A stretch of 64,000 nt of DNA from assembly GCF_001194135.2 (NCBI RefSeq), contig NC_068982.1, positions 9,609,540-9,673,539 of the forward strand, written 5' to 3'. The notes beneath the pieces were generated by a model. The model saw only the letters and a program-made list of their open reading frames with translations, did no database searches and had not been told where the DNA came from. Source of the stretch: Octopus bimaculoides. Its lineage: Eukaryota. Shown one piece after another: positions 23,141 to 36,768 of the stretch (position 1 is its first letter; the number at the start of each line of letters is the position of its first letter). The position numbers and the translations under genes are program-made.

Positions 23141-24454
23141 ATGTAAGTGTGTGTGTAGCAAATAATGAAGAAATGGTAAATATTAAAAGTGAAAGAGAAA
23201 CGGTAAGCCCAGTGAAAGACAGAAAGCGAGGCGACGAGGCAAATGTGTACGTTTGTTTGCTTCGTGTGTGTGTGCTTGTGGGAGCTTGTGAGAGTATGAT
23301 GTATAGTAGTATATAATTGCATATGCTACAGAATAAGTCTGTGTGATAATGTGCGTGTATGAAATAATAATGTGTAGATATATGTATGCAAACGTATGTG
23401 TGTTTGTCAGGTTGCACGATTGCATGGTAAAAAAAAACAAAAAATAAATAAAAGAAAGAATTCTGCAGTAGTGGAATAATGCTTCATAACACAACTTGGT
23501 TGGTGGTGTAGTTGGAATAGCAAGGAGGATATATCAAAAAGACTTGCAGTTTCGTCTGCTTCTAACTTTAGCTGACTGCGCTGCTTTCCCTCCAGTTTCT
23601 CCCATCTTTCTGTTCATTTCTTTTTCGTTTTCCATTTTATCGATCTCTACTAACGTCGGACCTATCGATCCGCAATAGTTTAAGATGTGCTTCCCCTTCC
23701 TCTCCTCTCTCGTATCGTTATTCTACGACCTACCTATCTTAGAAACTAAGCTACACAACCAAACCTACATTGTAACTGGCTTGTCTTTTTATATACTGTA
23801 ATGCTGGCTAGAGGTAATGCAGAAAAATAAAACAAAAAACAGATAGATAATTAGATAAAGCAGAACAGAGAGAACATACGAGAAAAACGAAAATAAATGG
23901 AATATTTTGATACCAGATAGAGATAAGTATGAGTGACTGAAATAAGATTTGATAGTTGTTGCTAGCCATCCACACAGTCTCCACCACCATTAGTATCAGC
24001 GGCAAGACCACTGCTATCGTTTCGTCATATAAATAAAAGCGAAAAACTCTCTTATACTAAGCATTAACATCAACAACAACAATAACAAGAGCACTATAAT
24101 ATACCAATACTATGAACACTAATAACTCAATCAGATGAGAGTCGGTAGCTGCTAACATCTCGTCCACCACTGAACTGAAAACAACGACAATGCTACGGCA
24201 TTAATTCGTGTTTCGAACGTTCGGTTGTTTTTGCCGTAATTTTAACTGCAGATCAGTTCCGCCCCACGATCGATCCAGACCTGCGATAGCAAGCGTGCCA
24301 TTCATTACCATCACGTTTTTAATTATATCTAAGACTACATTATTTATGTGCTCCCTTATTCATTTATTTATTTATTTATTTGTTAATAAGGCGGTGCTTC
24401 AGCATGGCCGCAAGTCAAATGACTGAAACAAGTAAAAGAGTAAAAGAATAAAAT

Positions 24455-24595
24455 TCAAATGCCATCGGGATCGACTTTGCCTTTCATCCCTTTCGGGGTT
24501 GATAATAAAAGTACCAGTAGAGTACAGGGGTCGGTGTAACCGACTTTCCCCTTCCCCGACATTACTGGCCTTGTGCAAAATTTTGAAACCAATAC
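24455..24595 (+). mobile_element. SINE family A, 5'-truncated, abutting the 3' tip of a family F copy (24395-24452)
   Basis: TCGACTTTGCCTTTCATCCC core with GGCCTTGTGC tail. Confidence 0.8.
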
Positions 24596-24693
24596 TTTAA
24601 GATAGAATTTGATGCTTCTCGCGGGTAGTCTGTTCACATAAACGTACCCTCATTGGTACAAGGAGCTATTTGGATGTAAGTTCAAAATGTATT

Positions 24694-24925
24694 TATTTCT
24701 TTATTGCCCACAGAGAGCTAAACATAGAGGGGACAAACAAGGACAGACAAAGAGATTAAGTAGATTACATCGACCCCAGTACGCAATTGGTACTTAATTT
24801 ATCGACCACGAAAGGATGAAAGGCAAAGTCGGCCTCGGCGGAATTTGAACTCAGAACGTAAAGACAGACCAAATACCGCTAAGCATTTCACCCGATGTGC
24901 TAACGTTTCTACCAGCTCGCCGCCT
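24694..24925 (-). mobile_element. SINE family A
   Basis: Full-length core, head and tail. Confidence 0.92.
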
Positions 24926-25134
24926 AGGCATGTATTATATTAACCATTTACTGGGGCAAGAATCAGAGTTCAGTGAGAGCGTGGGTAATATTAGAGATGT
25001 ATGGTTGTTCATTCCGATGAACAGAAACTAGAAGAATGCAGAACTAGTATGTCACTTATATCATTAAGCTAGAAGTTTATGTTGGTAAGATTTTACATAT
25101 CATTATATAGGGAACAGCAGCAACTCCGATATCC

Positions 25135-25347
25135 TTTCTATTATAGATACAATGCCTGGAATTTTGTAGGAGGTGATAAGTCGATTACATCGACCCCAGT
25201 GATCAACTGGCACTTATTTTGTCGACCCCGAAAGGATGAAAGGCAAAGTTGACACCCGGTCAAGTTTGAACTCAGAACGTAAAGACTGACTACATACCGC
25301 TAAACATTGTGTTCGACGTTCTAACGCTACTCCCAGCTCGCCGCCTC
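25135..25347 (-). mobile_element. SINE family A
   Basis: Full core; CAGCAGCAAC repeated on both sides (possible TSD). Confidence 0.88.
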
Positions 25348-25399
25348 AGCAGCAACGAGGACATGCGCATAGAACTCTAATGTACATAACACTTGCAGC

Positions 25400-25966
25400 A
25401 TGTAGACGTTTCGAGTTTTGGCATGAAGCATTTTCAAATCCTTGAGAGGTGAAGTACAAGGCTGTTTCTTTGATTTGTATAAGGATTGTGTGTTTGCGCT
25501 ATTGAAAGAAACGAAGTCGACATGGTCCCATTGAAGGGTATTCCTTACTTATGAAAGCAGTGTTCGGCGTAGAGAAAATTTAGCTTGTGTGTGTACGTCT
25601 ATAAACAGCAAATTAAAGTAGTGATGTGAATTTATCACTCTAAGAGGAAGATACAACTTGTGAGTAACATACCGAAGAGATTGCCAAGTTGGTCTGGTGC
25701 TAAGAAATTCATGAAAGTAATCACAGATGAAGGAGATGAGGTGATTACCAACAGCTGTTCCTATCAGCCTTAAGACATTAAGAGTGAATGGGACAGACGT
25801 GTGTTGCAGGATCAGAGAGATTACTGTCTAGGGGACATGGGACGCTGTGGTGTGTAAGGTTTACAGTGTGAGAGAAAAAGGGTTTAGAGACAGAGAGGAG
25901 AGAGAGAACAAGATGGTTCGAGTGCACATAGTGGTGGGATTGGTCTCACTGTATATATTTCTTATT

Positions 25967-26028
<62 letters not shown>

Positions 26029-26450
26029 CTCTTATTCCTTTTAAGTTCTCACACTTTTGCTCTTTTCCCCTACACCCTTTCTTACTTTCTCACCTTAAAT
26101 CTGACTCCTTAATCTCTTTAATTTTCTGACCATTATAGTTAGAGTTGAAACTGAAATGATCTCACCACAAGCGACTTTCCCGGTATGGCCAAAATATTGA
26201 TCTAACAATTTGTATTTGCCATGTAATATTTATATTTAGTAGTCAGAATGTGCAATCGTTTCAATTTTCATAAATTGCTATGTATGAATGAATAACTACC
26301 TTTTAATTATTTGTTGCATTTCAATAGGGCCCAGTTTCTAAAGAAAGAGCAACTCCCTAGTCACCAATACGAAACAATTTTAGGAATGTTTGCATATTTC
26401 GACTATTTCATTATTTCACTCACGGATTGAACTTATAGAATCTTCTCTTA
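25400..26450 (+). mobile_element. Possible Helitron helicase fossil (end of the 17.4-26.5 kb copy)
   Basis: FGMKHFQIL (compare FGG..GDFRQIL), LKETKSTWSH*RVFLTYESSVR from 25502 (compare LK.S.LW.HV...LT.NMR), FTHG at 26415-26426 (compare FSHGQLYVA). Confidence 0.4.
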
Positions 26451-26463
26451 CCTAAACCTACCT

Positions 26464-26805
26464 CAGTGGTTTCCAAAATTTTTCGGGCTGCCGCCTCTTG
26501 ACATCCAGTCCACATTACTAGAGCCCCCACCCCAACTAACCATCACAGGCAGAGACCTCTTTCTGAAGCAAATTCAAAGCAACTGTCACAAATAAACCTT
26601 AACCTAATGAACCTATTATTTTGTCGTTTTTACATGAATCACGACCCCATTTTCGCCCAAATTTTTACACGAATCGCTACCCCGTTGTCACCCTATTTTT
26701 ATTCAACGCTTCCTTGGAACTTTCTATCGCCCCCTTCCCCGTACTTCTCCCTCGGGTCATTTTTTGAAGTAGTTTCGCTCATGGAACATTTTTGATAACC
26801 CAGTG
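26464..26805. mobile_element. hAT(Charlie)-like non-autonomous element
   Basis: Starts CAGTGGTTTCCAAA and ends TTTGATAACCCAGTG (imperfect TIR); no clear 8-bp TSD. Confidence 0.4.
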
Positions 26806-27492
26806 ACGTTTCAAAAATACATTTCGACAGTTATTAAGGTTTCCCTGGATTTTGGAAGTGGCTTTATCTCGCTCAATTATGTGACATAAACATTTAGAAC
26901 ATTTATGTTAACCAACATTCATCCCTATATCAAATATATATTTTTTTTATCTACTCTCTTGATATTCCCGGAGTAAAATTCAAGCTTGTAAAGAACGAAA
27001 TTACGAATTTGTTATGTTATTGCAGTCGTACGCCTTAGCATGTGGCCATTGAATTTTTCATGAAAATATACGACAATGGGTTTGGTACCAAAATAACAGC
27101 ACAGATAAACTTTCCTTTGAAGTATTGAAGAATGCAGAGCCAATATTAGTTTTCTTATCAATCCATAATGTCAGAATGTTTTATTAATCAGAAATTGTTT
27201 CGTTCATTCCTATATTTGCTTATTTACACTTGCTCATTGGGATTACTACGTCGGACTTACAATGCTGGATTATCAATCTTACGGTTGAAATAGCTTTGGT
27301 AAGGCTTGTGCATTTTGTTCGAGCAGTCTTTGAGTCTATGAATATTTTCCGCTTGAGTATCTTCATTCTTGGGAATAAAAAGTGTGCAAAATATGGAACG
27401 CTATTCTGGAAAGTTGGCTTTCTACACACACACATGTACATATACATACATATGTACACATACACACACGCGTGTGTATATATATATGTATG

Positions 27493-27535
<43 letters not shown>

Positions 27536-27550
27536 GTGTGTGTATGTATG

Positions 27551-27742
27551 TATTCTTTTATTCGTTTACTTGTTTCATTCATTTGACTGCAGNNNNNNNN
27601 NNNNNNNNNNNNNNNNNNNNNNNNNNNNNNNNNNNNNNNNNNNNNNNNNNNNNNNNNNNNNNNNNNNNNNNNNNNNNNNNNNNNNNNNNNNNNNNNNNNN
27701 NNNNNNNNNNNNNCACACACACACACACACACACACACACGC

Positions 27743-27777
<35 letters not shown>

Positions 27778-27925
27778 CGACGGTCTTCTTTCAGTTTCCG
27801 TCTACCAAATCCACTCACAACGCTTTGTTCGGCCCAAGACTATAGTAGAAGACACATCTGCTGAAGGTGCCATGCCGTGAGACTGAACTCGGAACTATGT
27901 ATTTGGGAAGTAAGCTCCTTACACG
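27551..27925 (-). mobile_element. SINE family F spanning a gap
   Basis: CTTCTTTCAGTTTCCGTCTACCAAATCCACTCACAA...TAGTAGAAGACAC core. Confidence 0.88.
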
Positions 27926-30248
27926 CGCGCGCGCGCACAAGTGCTGGAAAGTTGCCGAGTTTGATTTTATCCAACATATTCCCCTCCCAGATTCACACAC
28001 ATTGCAGTGGTCCTTCAGTTTTTCTAAACCCTGTAAAAGAACTCGGGAAGTTGGGCCTCCAGCCAGGTCTTTAGCGATATCCTTAAAACCAGGAACCTTT
28101 CATCACTCCGTCGCATAATTGAGCGGCCCTGCGTATAACACCGTATACTAGAGACTATTAAGTCTCTATTAAGTGGTATTTTTTTTCTGTGCTTAGTGTA
28201 CGTTTAGCATTTTACACTGTATTATTTACTATTGCTATTGATATATTAGTCATATTAGACTGGTTGTATTCTGCAATAGTGCCTTTAAATTAAATTCCTC
28301 TTTCTATGAAAAGGTTCTTTCAATAGCGATATTTCTCTACCGATACACACACTATATAGTATATAGCTTGTTGTAAGCTAAACATTTATTCAATGCTCGG
28401 GTTTTTTTATGCTGTCGGTTTTGATAAGTTGCTCTATGAAAATCTTGCATGCCTACTTGAAAGCCATTAATCTCCTCTAAAGTGTTTGAAGTATAGATTA
28501 TCCGAACGTTTCCGTCTACTTTATTCGTAAGATATGGCTACGTATAGTGAACTGTTTGCTTTCTCTTACATCTTATGGTGACGTCAGTCATGGTTCGTTT
28601 TAATTTTTCTCGCTCATGTTCTAATTGAGTACTTGTTTGAACAAATGGCTTCCCTCAAAACTATGTCTTTTAATAGTATCTAGGAATACATATCCAATGA
28701 ATCAGCTATTCTTTTTAACAGAACGAACCACAACATAGAAGCATGGCTAGTATTGTTATCCACGTCGGTGGCCCATGTGTAGTAATTGTGTTACTGTGTG
28801 CGCTGCAGGTATTTCGTATGTGTCATTTCTTAGTAAGAGCAGGTATATACAGAAAGCTATTGATAACTTCATTCGTTATTTCATATATTTTCCTGTTATT
28901 TGTAGCAATGTCATCAATGGCTTTTAACAGTATTGGCTATTCGCATCTACTACTCATACTCGACAAAACTGTTAAACTAACTGATAATTTCAAGAGTTTA
29001 GAACTTTCTTCTTGACGTATGGTTTTTGGTTATTTTAAGCTGTGTATAATCGACAGTCATCTCTGTCAGAACGGTTCTATACAGAGAAATATGTGTGGTC
29101 CTCTTGCTCTTGTTAAAGATAATAACAATGGAGTCGGTAGTTTGATTGCATTGTTCTCACACGCTTCTATGACAGATTGATGCTGTATTGGAGTCTCTTA
29201 AAAATCAACTGACATGAAGTGAAATAACAATTGATATCTGTGACAGTCTTTTATTGAGTAATGAAATAAACACATTTCTTAAGCTCTTTAACTACGAAAT
29301 GCTTTAAGACTAGTCTCATTCTGTCCCGATGATACTTTAACAATTCCCAACATTTGATTTAAAGACCTTCATGCACTTTATTCTGGCGTCTAAATAGAAT
29401 TCATCTAAAGGTAGAATTTAAGTGAAGTCAACAGAGTACTTACACCATTTGTGAAAACTCAGAGTATTGCTTGTACTGTTGTATTGGTTGTCGTAGTTAT
29501 TGTTATACTCTCTTGTACTTTCAGTATCAGCTATGATTGAAGTGACGGTATTTCTCGCTGCGAAAATTATCGTATATTACTGATGTATAGACGTTAAGGT
29601 CTTGAGTAAATGGTGTTCAACTCACACAGAAATCCTACGAAACAAGATTTCATGTAGAAGCACTATCTGCTACAAATAGCAGTTAAATAGCATTGCAAAT
29701 TATCTCCTACCAGCATAAAAAGGGAAGGACACATTGGCTAATGCCGTCCTAGATAAATTATCTGTGAAACCGAAGATACACTGATTATAAATCTTGATTC
29801 CTATGTTTATGACTTTATTAGAGGAATAACGTATGTTATTACCGTTACGAAGTGACAATAAAATTAGAAGTTTAAAATCTAATTAGCATGCCTGATACAG
29901 AAGTTTATATTAAATCAATATTCCTTAAATGTGTGCTAAGACAATAGTAACATACATTGAATAAGGTGCAATCATGCATTTCAGTTCGGACATATAATAA
30001 AAGCAAGGTTTTAACTCTAGTTTGTAAACTTATTGGTTTACATATGCATAGAGGCATCTTCACTTTGAATATACTGCTTGAAACATCAAGTGTAGCACGC
30101 TGCCTATGTCTAGAGGATTGTTTCTTTTCTATGTAGTTCCTTTGTTCTATATACAATTTCAAGAAATTTATCTTACAATCTCACTCGGCACTTTCCCCAG
30201 TTTCAAAATTTATGAGTTTCTACCGCGTATATTACATTTACTTCGTGT

Positions 30249-30326
<78 letters not shown>

Positions 30327-30371
30327 ATGTGTGTGTAGATATATGTGTGTGCGTGTGTGTGTGTATATATA

Positions 30372-30402
<31 letters not shown>

Positions 30403-30409
30403 CTATACA

Positions 30410-30935
30410 TATTCTTTTACTAGTTTCAGTTATTTGACTGCGGACAGGCTGGAGCACCGCCTCTAGTCGAACAAATCGATCCCATGACTTATTCTTTGTA
30501 AGCCTCGTACTTATTTTATCTGCCGAACTGCTAAGTTACAGGGACGTAAGCACACCAACATCGGTTGTCGAACGGTGATGTAGGGACAAACACAGATCAC
30601 AAATATATATATATATATATATATATACANNNNNNNNNNNNNNNNNNNNNNNNNNNNNNNNNNNNNNNNNNNNNNNNNNNNNNNNNNNNNNNNNNNNNNN
30701 NNNNNNNNNNNNNNNNNNNNNNNNNNNNNNNNNNNNNNNNNNNNNNNNNNNNNNNNNNNNNNNGTATATACACGACGGGCTTCTTTCAGTTTCCGTCTAC
30801 CAAATCCGCTCACAAAGCTTTGCTCGGCCCGAGGCTGCAGTAGAAAACACTTGCCGAAGGTGCCACGCAGTGGGACTAAACCTGGAACCATGTGGTTGGG
30901 AAGCAAGCTACTAACCACACAACCACTCCTGTGCC
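30410..30935 (-). mobile_element. SINE family F, full length across a gap
   Basis: Head GGAGTGGTTGTGTGGTTAGTAGCTTGC, core and tail on the minus strand. Confidence 0.9.
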
Positions 30936-30975
<40 letters not shown>

Positions 30976-31784
30976 TATATATATATGTGAGGTAAGACCT
31001 AAAAATGACAGGTTTAATGGATGTGTTTTTATTTTCTCTATTCATTACTTTGATGTGATGTTAATGTTTCGTTTCCTTCTTTCCAATCTTATTAACTACT
31101 TCACAATGAGGCTCGGCCTCTGCGGATATTTCTCCATCAATATTATACTACTGCATAATATACTCGCCTCATCTCTTTTGTTGTCTCCTCGAAATATTGT
31201 TCTAAAACTTTTTTTACGATAGAGCAGGCATATTTCATCTGCCTCATTGTTTACAGTATAACCATAAGCGTATAAACACTTTTGATATATGTCTGTGTGT
31301 AGTCGTATTACAACATATAAACGATAAAGCATTCGGTTTATTCCTGACATGCACGATTTCGTGCAAGTCAACTTTGTACGTTTTCTGTAGTGAAAGTGGA
31401 ATACGCATGGTTTGAATGTATAATTGATGATTATGCTTTTCTAGAGCCATGAAATGGTGTGTAGTACAAGTAACTTTCAATTGAAATGTCTTGAAGAATA
31501 TTACAATCATAACGTTTATATAATCGAGGATAAATTCATCGTTTTAGATATTAATCGTGGTGTATATTTCTTCTACCAGCAGTGTATGGAATCATTATAA
31601 TGGCGTAGTTTATCTTGTTCACACACCAGCGCTCAGTACAGTAGTAATATCCAGGTTTGAATTTCCGTGTGAATTGTCAATCTCACTACTCCATGGTTTA
31701 TCCCGATGGAAATGCTCGTCTCTTGCTTATGAAATAGAATTGGCACCAACTATAATCGCCTTTGAAATATCTAATGTTTAAAGA

Positions 31785-32214
31785 AAGCAGCGAGCTGGTA
31801 GAAACGTTAGGATGCCGGGCGAAATTCTAATCGGTATTTCGTTTGCCGCTAGGTTCTGAGTTCAAATTCCGACAAGGTCGACTTTGCCTTTCATCCTTTC
31901 GGGGTCGATTAAATAAGTACCAGTTACGCACTGGGGTCATTATAATCGACTTAATCCCTTTGTCTGTCCTTGTTTGTCCTCTCTGTGTGTAGCCCCTTGT
32001 GGGAAATAAAGAAATAAGGAACGTTAGCATGCCGGGTGAAATGCTTAGCGGTATTTCGTCTGCCATTACGTTCTGAGTTCAAATTCCGCCGAGGTCAACT
32101 TTGCCTTTCATCCATTCAGGGTCGATAAATTAAGTATCAGTTGCGCACTGGGATTAATCCAATCGACTGTCCCCTTTCCCCAAAATTTCGGGCCTTGTGC
32201 TTAGAGTAGAAAAG
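31785..32214 (+). mobile_element. Head-to-tail SINE A dimer inside one 19-bp TSD
   Basis: TSD AATATCTAATGTTTAAAGA at 31766-31784 and 32215-32233; two units with different tails. Confidence 0.93.
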
Positions 32215-33905
32215 AATATCTAATGTTTAAAGACTAAAATAGATGGAATTGATTTAGGTTAATTAGTCGGTATTCAATGGGATCCGTCTAACTGGAAAAG
32301 AATTAATGAGAAATCATCCTTTCTTTTTGAGATGGAATACGATATTAGTTTTCAGATTATATTCAAACAAGTATTTCGTATCAGAACACATCCAGTTCAG
32401 CGATATTGACATTATGAAACAGGTTGTTATTCTCGCAAACAATTTCCTTATAAATCAAGTCGACATCAATAAAAGAACTGAACGAGGCCACACCCTATGG
32501 TACTAATAATATAGCTACAAGGTCGTGCTTACTGCTATTCTTGCCAACCTAACTGCGGCCATCTTCCGCAATGTCGCAAGCATCTCTTGCCATTTCTATC
32601 AACAGATGTAAAATTGTGCAGCAGAAAATACGTTCTCCCGTATTTGTTATCCTTGTTATCACCACAGTCACACTGGAAGAGCTGTCTATTAAGAAGTTAT
32701 GTGTTTCTTTAATGACCTTTCCTTGGGATTCAGAAAGAGAGTTATCATTTACCTGGAAGTTATTTTCCTCTTGTTTCTTCGACTAGAAGACGTCACATCA
32801 CATATCCATATGAGCATTTAGGAGATTTTCATTTTTTGCTTAATCAAGGAATTCACTTCGCTAATATTCTTAATATGTGATTGCACACACCTAATATCAT
32901 TCAGCTGGCTGCCAACATACATCCTATCAGATCTACTGACTGGAGGGAAAAAAGATTTCAATTTCAACGCGTCTTTAATTAATTTTTGATCACTCTTATT
33001 ACCAATTATCTGATCGTCGACAACCTTTTGTCTGCTAAGGTATTTTAAATTCACAGACTTATTATTGCATCTTCTCAAAGTGGGTTTGGCTTTTGCGTCG
33101 GCGTTAGCATATGACGCTATGTAAGTCCTTTTGCTGATGGATAATCTGGAGGAGAAAATTATTTTTGTGTCGAAAAACTTCCATCTGTTATCTATCTCTA
33201 ATATGAAAGTGTAAGTTAATCCCATATGTATAGTCATATGATTTCCATCAAAATTTCCGTATTTTATCCTGATGTGATAAAATAATTATGTCACTAATCA
33301 TATCACTAATATATATAAAGCTAGCTGAGTTAGAGGTTAAGATAACCGTCTAAGGGATAGGAGCATTCATTACCCTGCTGGTATATTATCTATGTTTAAC
33401 CACGGGCATACATATGCAAGTATGTTATGCGCATCAATTATAGGTACTGACAAGGATAAACATGAGTTTGTCAAGAATCAAAATGTAAGAAGAAAGAAAA
33501 TGGAGAAATATCGATGAATAACAATGTTTCTAACTCCGACTTAAATCAATTATTATTTATTAATTCAATACAAATAGATAGCATCCCATCTAACAGATGT
33601 TTCTGTTTTCAATGTTGTAGGGTATTGCTATTGATATGCTGAAAATATTTATCATATTTGTTAATAAATCCGATCTAAAACATGAAGCTTCATCAGAGTG
33701 AAGAATAAATAAAAACGAGCCTAGAGAATAAAAAGGGAAAAGTTGAATATGGTTGTAATCATACCATTTTTTCTTGTGTATCTCTTTGGTACGTTAAGTA
33801 AAAACAGCTGTTAGATGGGATGCAGTCTATTTGTATTGAATTAATAATTAAGAATTGATGTAAGTCAATTGTTGTTGATCAATATTTCTCCATTTTCTGA
33901 TTCCT

Positions 33906-34014
<109 letters not shown>

Positions 34015-34239
34015 GTATATACATATATATAAATACACACTTAATAATTAAGATAAAGTCTTACGATTTTATAAAGATGTCAGCATGCATAAATAATATC
34101 TAATACAAGTATATATAGTTTTATATATACCATCCGTGCAACATTTATATTCTTCCCTGTGCCTGTAAAATCTTGTGTCCCTGCTGTAAGGCTTTACTTA
34201 CACACACGCTAGCTTAATTTTATTCGTCCTTAGTCGAAA

Positions 34240-34570
34240 GACACCTATTGTTGTGTCCTGTTACTTGCATTTGTATTTGTGTAACATTTCTTTGTGTAAC
34301 ATTTTGTTTTTCATCCTTGTTTTCTTATACATTCGCTGCTTTCATAGCTTAGTTTTCCTTGGGGCTGGCCAGATTGGAGCAATCTCGAGTATAACCAGTC
34401 GAAATTGCAAAGATAATCTGGAACTCGACTGAAGAAAGAAAACTCCGAATGACCCGTCCTTGCTTTCTTCGTATCGTCTGTCTGGATATTTTGTTGTCCC
34501 TTTTTTGTATCACCTAACTGTCTGGACGTATTGTCCCATTTTTGAAATGTTTATATTTAAGAAATATAGC
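34240..34570 (+). mobile_element. Dispersed repeat, possibly Penelope pLTR-like
   Basis: Contains CTGAAGA..CC-GAAT (34429-34450), a degenerate hammerhead-like layout, followed by a T-rich tail. Confidence 0.35.
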
Positions 34571-34952
34571 AGCGTACGTACACTTTGGTCTCTCATATAT
34601 ATATATATATATATATACAATAATAAGGGCTCTGAAAGCTAGGGCCATATGCTGGAAATAGACGCCAAATGGCGCTAAGAACTACAGTTATTCGCTCCAT
34701 TATCACGTATTGCAAGTGAAGAGAGTGAACAAATAGAATTTGTAAAAAAGGTTTAACCATCTATCGATTTCGGGTTGCACATATAAATCTAGACATATAT
34801 ACTTCTGGAAAATTCTACAGATTTTTACAGCTCCGGTGTTGGTTTAGATCTGTAGGAATGTCTTGTTATGCAAGTGTATAGATGAGAACACATATATACA
34901 GAACATACGAATGTGCAGGTATTCATACATACATAGATATCTATATGAATAT

Positions 34953-35004
<52 letters not shown>

Positions 35005-35012
35005 CCTTCCTA

Positions 35013-35045
<33 letters not shown>

Positions 35046-35759
35046 TATATACATGTGTCAGTGTGAACGTGCTCACTCGCACGTGTGTGTAGTTAGCTGG
35101 TTGTTTGTTCTGTATACTTATTATCGACAAAATGCAAATTCCGTGTCTAGAAGAAGATAACTAAAAACAACGAAGGAAAGCAAGGAAAAATATATATGCA
35201 TATATTCAGCAATTATGTTCCTAAAGTCGGTACAAGGCCAAATATTTTGGAACACGCGTTTATTGAAATATATTGATCCCAATACTTCACTGGTATTCAA
35301 TATATCGATCCATGAAAGTTAAAACCAATGTAGATGCCTTTGAATTTAAATCGCAATTAGATTCTGCAATACATTTCTATCCGTTTGTCGTGCTTAATGA
35401 CAAACTAATAATTGTTTTTGATTTAGACACAAGCCAGAGTAATTGTGATGGGAGAGACTATGGTAATACCATCGACCTCATAATTCAATGAGGATTTATT
35501 TTGTCTACCTCGAAAAGATGAAAAACAATGTTAGGATTCGAAATCAGAACATAAGTCAGAAGAGAAGTATTCCATGAGAGTTTTCTTATGCTAATGAGAA
35601 TCTTTCTCTTCGCCTTGAACGAGAAACTAAGAATAAAATGTGAAAATGAAACGAAAAATTTATTAATGTAGGCATTTCTGAAAGTTTCGTTCTTAGTGGC
35701 TTTGAAAATAATAAATATGTTTAGCTTCTTATCAATATTTCCATCTATTTTCAAGCCAC

Positions 35760-36766
35760 CTACTTAACAGGCATTTCTTCTTTCGTTTTCATTTTTTGAG
35801 ACCACCTTCTATTATCTACTCTTTTCAGAGAAGTTGGCATTTGTCCAGTTTATGAAAAGGCTAGGCAAACAATGGCTGCCAGAAGATTGATAAATTCAAA
35901 TATAAATTCACTTATTACATAACCATAAAACTCTTCGAAAACAATAGATTACAGAAAATTGTTTATGTTATGCCTCTCGCATACATTCATAAAAGTCACC
36001 AAAATCCATTACTGTCAAGCTTTTGAAAGAAGTAAATCTAATGTGCAACAAGACCCATCCTGTCTTTGGAATAAACAAATAGAACCCTTTATTGAATAGA
36101 ATATCAATGCCTCTGCGGCTATTTGCTTTCCAGTACACAACATTTATAAAAGCATTGCCGCGAATGACTGCCATTATATATCTAAAAGGATGCAATCACA
36201 CATTCTTAAATGATTTTATAAAAGAATATAACGAACTTGTTACTCGGTATGAGAGTTACAGTCGGAGTTAGAAACATCTCTCAAATAAGTTTCACTGAAA
36301 CAGTTTTATTCATTTTTACAACAACCAGAAAAAAATTGTACATCGGCAAGTCGACGACAGTATGAAAATCGCGGGCAGAGATGTAATACCAGAGGATGAC
36401 GCTCGGTAGAGTACATGCTCTAGTATATAGCTACACAAAATTGTAGGGTTTACATTCACAAAACCATAATTTTTACCCTGAGACGAATAGCACTGCTTTT
36501 TCACGTTCAAAGTCAACAATTCCTGGCTATCCAGTGAAACACAATACCTGAGAAGCAGATGCTTTGATCTGGATTGAGCTAAGTTTAGTGAATCTTTTAA
36601 CACCGAAATATTCGATAGCATTTGAATAGATTTAACAAAACTCATGCAAGCAATCTTAAACTATATAAATCCAAAGTTGCCTTGTTTTCAAGGAAACTAT
36701 AGAAGCGCTTAAACGGAGCTTTTCAATAAATCCATAAAACCTCCTTTGTTTAGAAATAAATGCAAT
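35760..36766 (+). mobile_element. Helitron post-Rep/helicase fossil, 5' part (split by a mariner)
   Basis: LLFSEKL..KQWLP at about 35815-35880; STAFSRSKSTIP (36489; compare TAHSRFKIP) and, in the same frame, ADALIWIELS (36555; compare LIIWDEA.M). Confidence 0.5.
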
Positions 36767-36768
36767 TA

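Larger units (their letters stand above)
28150..33237 (-). mobile_element. Long degenerate Helitron fossil (N-terminus, Rep, post-Rep) interrupted by SINEs
   Basis: Collinear minus-strand motifs: AAQFYIC near 32.6 kb (compare FAQLYIYD), KAIIVG near 31.75 kb, LQDISIESYLYYTPFHG near 31.47 kb (compare LQRISE..SY..LQYPLLFP.G), YRLYVVIR..CLLYRKKSFR at 31.2-31.3 kb, SSSIFKVK near 30.07 kb, TYEIP..YYTW near 28.8 kb, TSNTLEEING near 28.48 kb. Confidence 0.5.

Noticed and set aside
24600-24682. Exon candidate ending GGAT|GTAAGT
   Set aside because: Stops in all three frames and it is sandwiched between SINEs
32400-32800. First read as a helicase Walker A region
   Set aside because: AAQFYIC and the downstream order fit the Helitron N-terminal region instead
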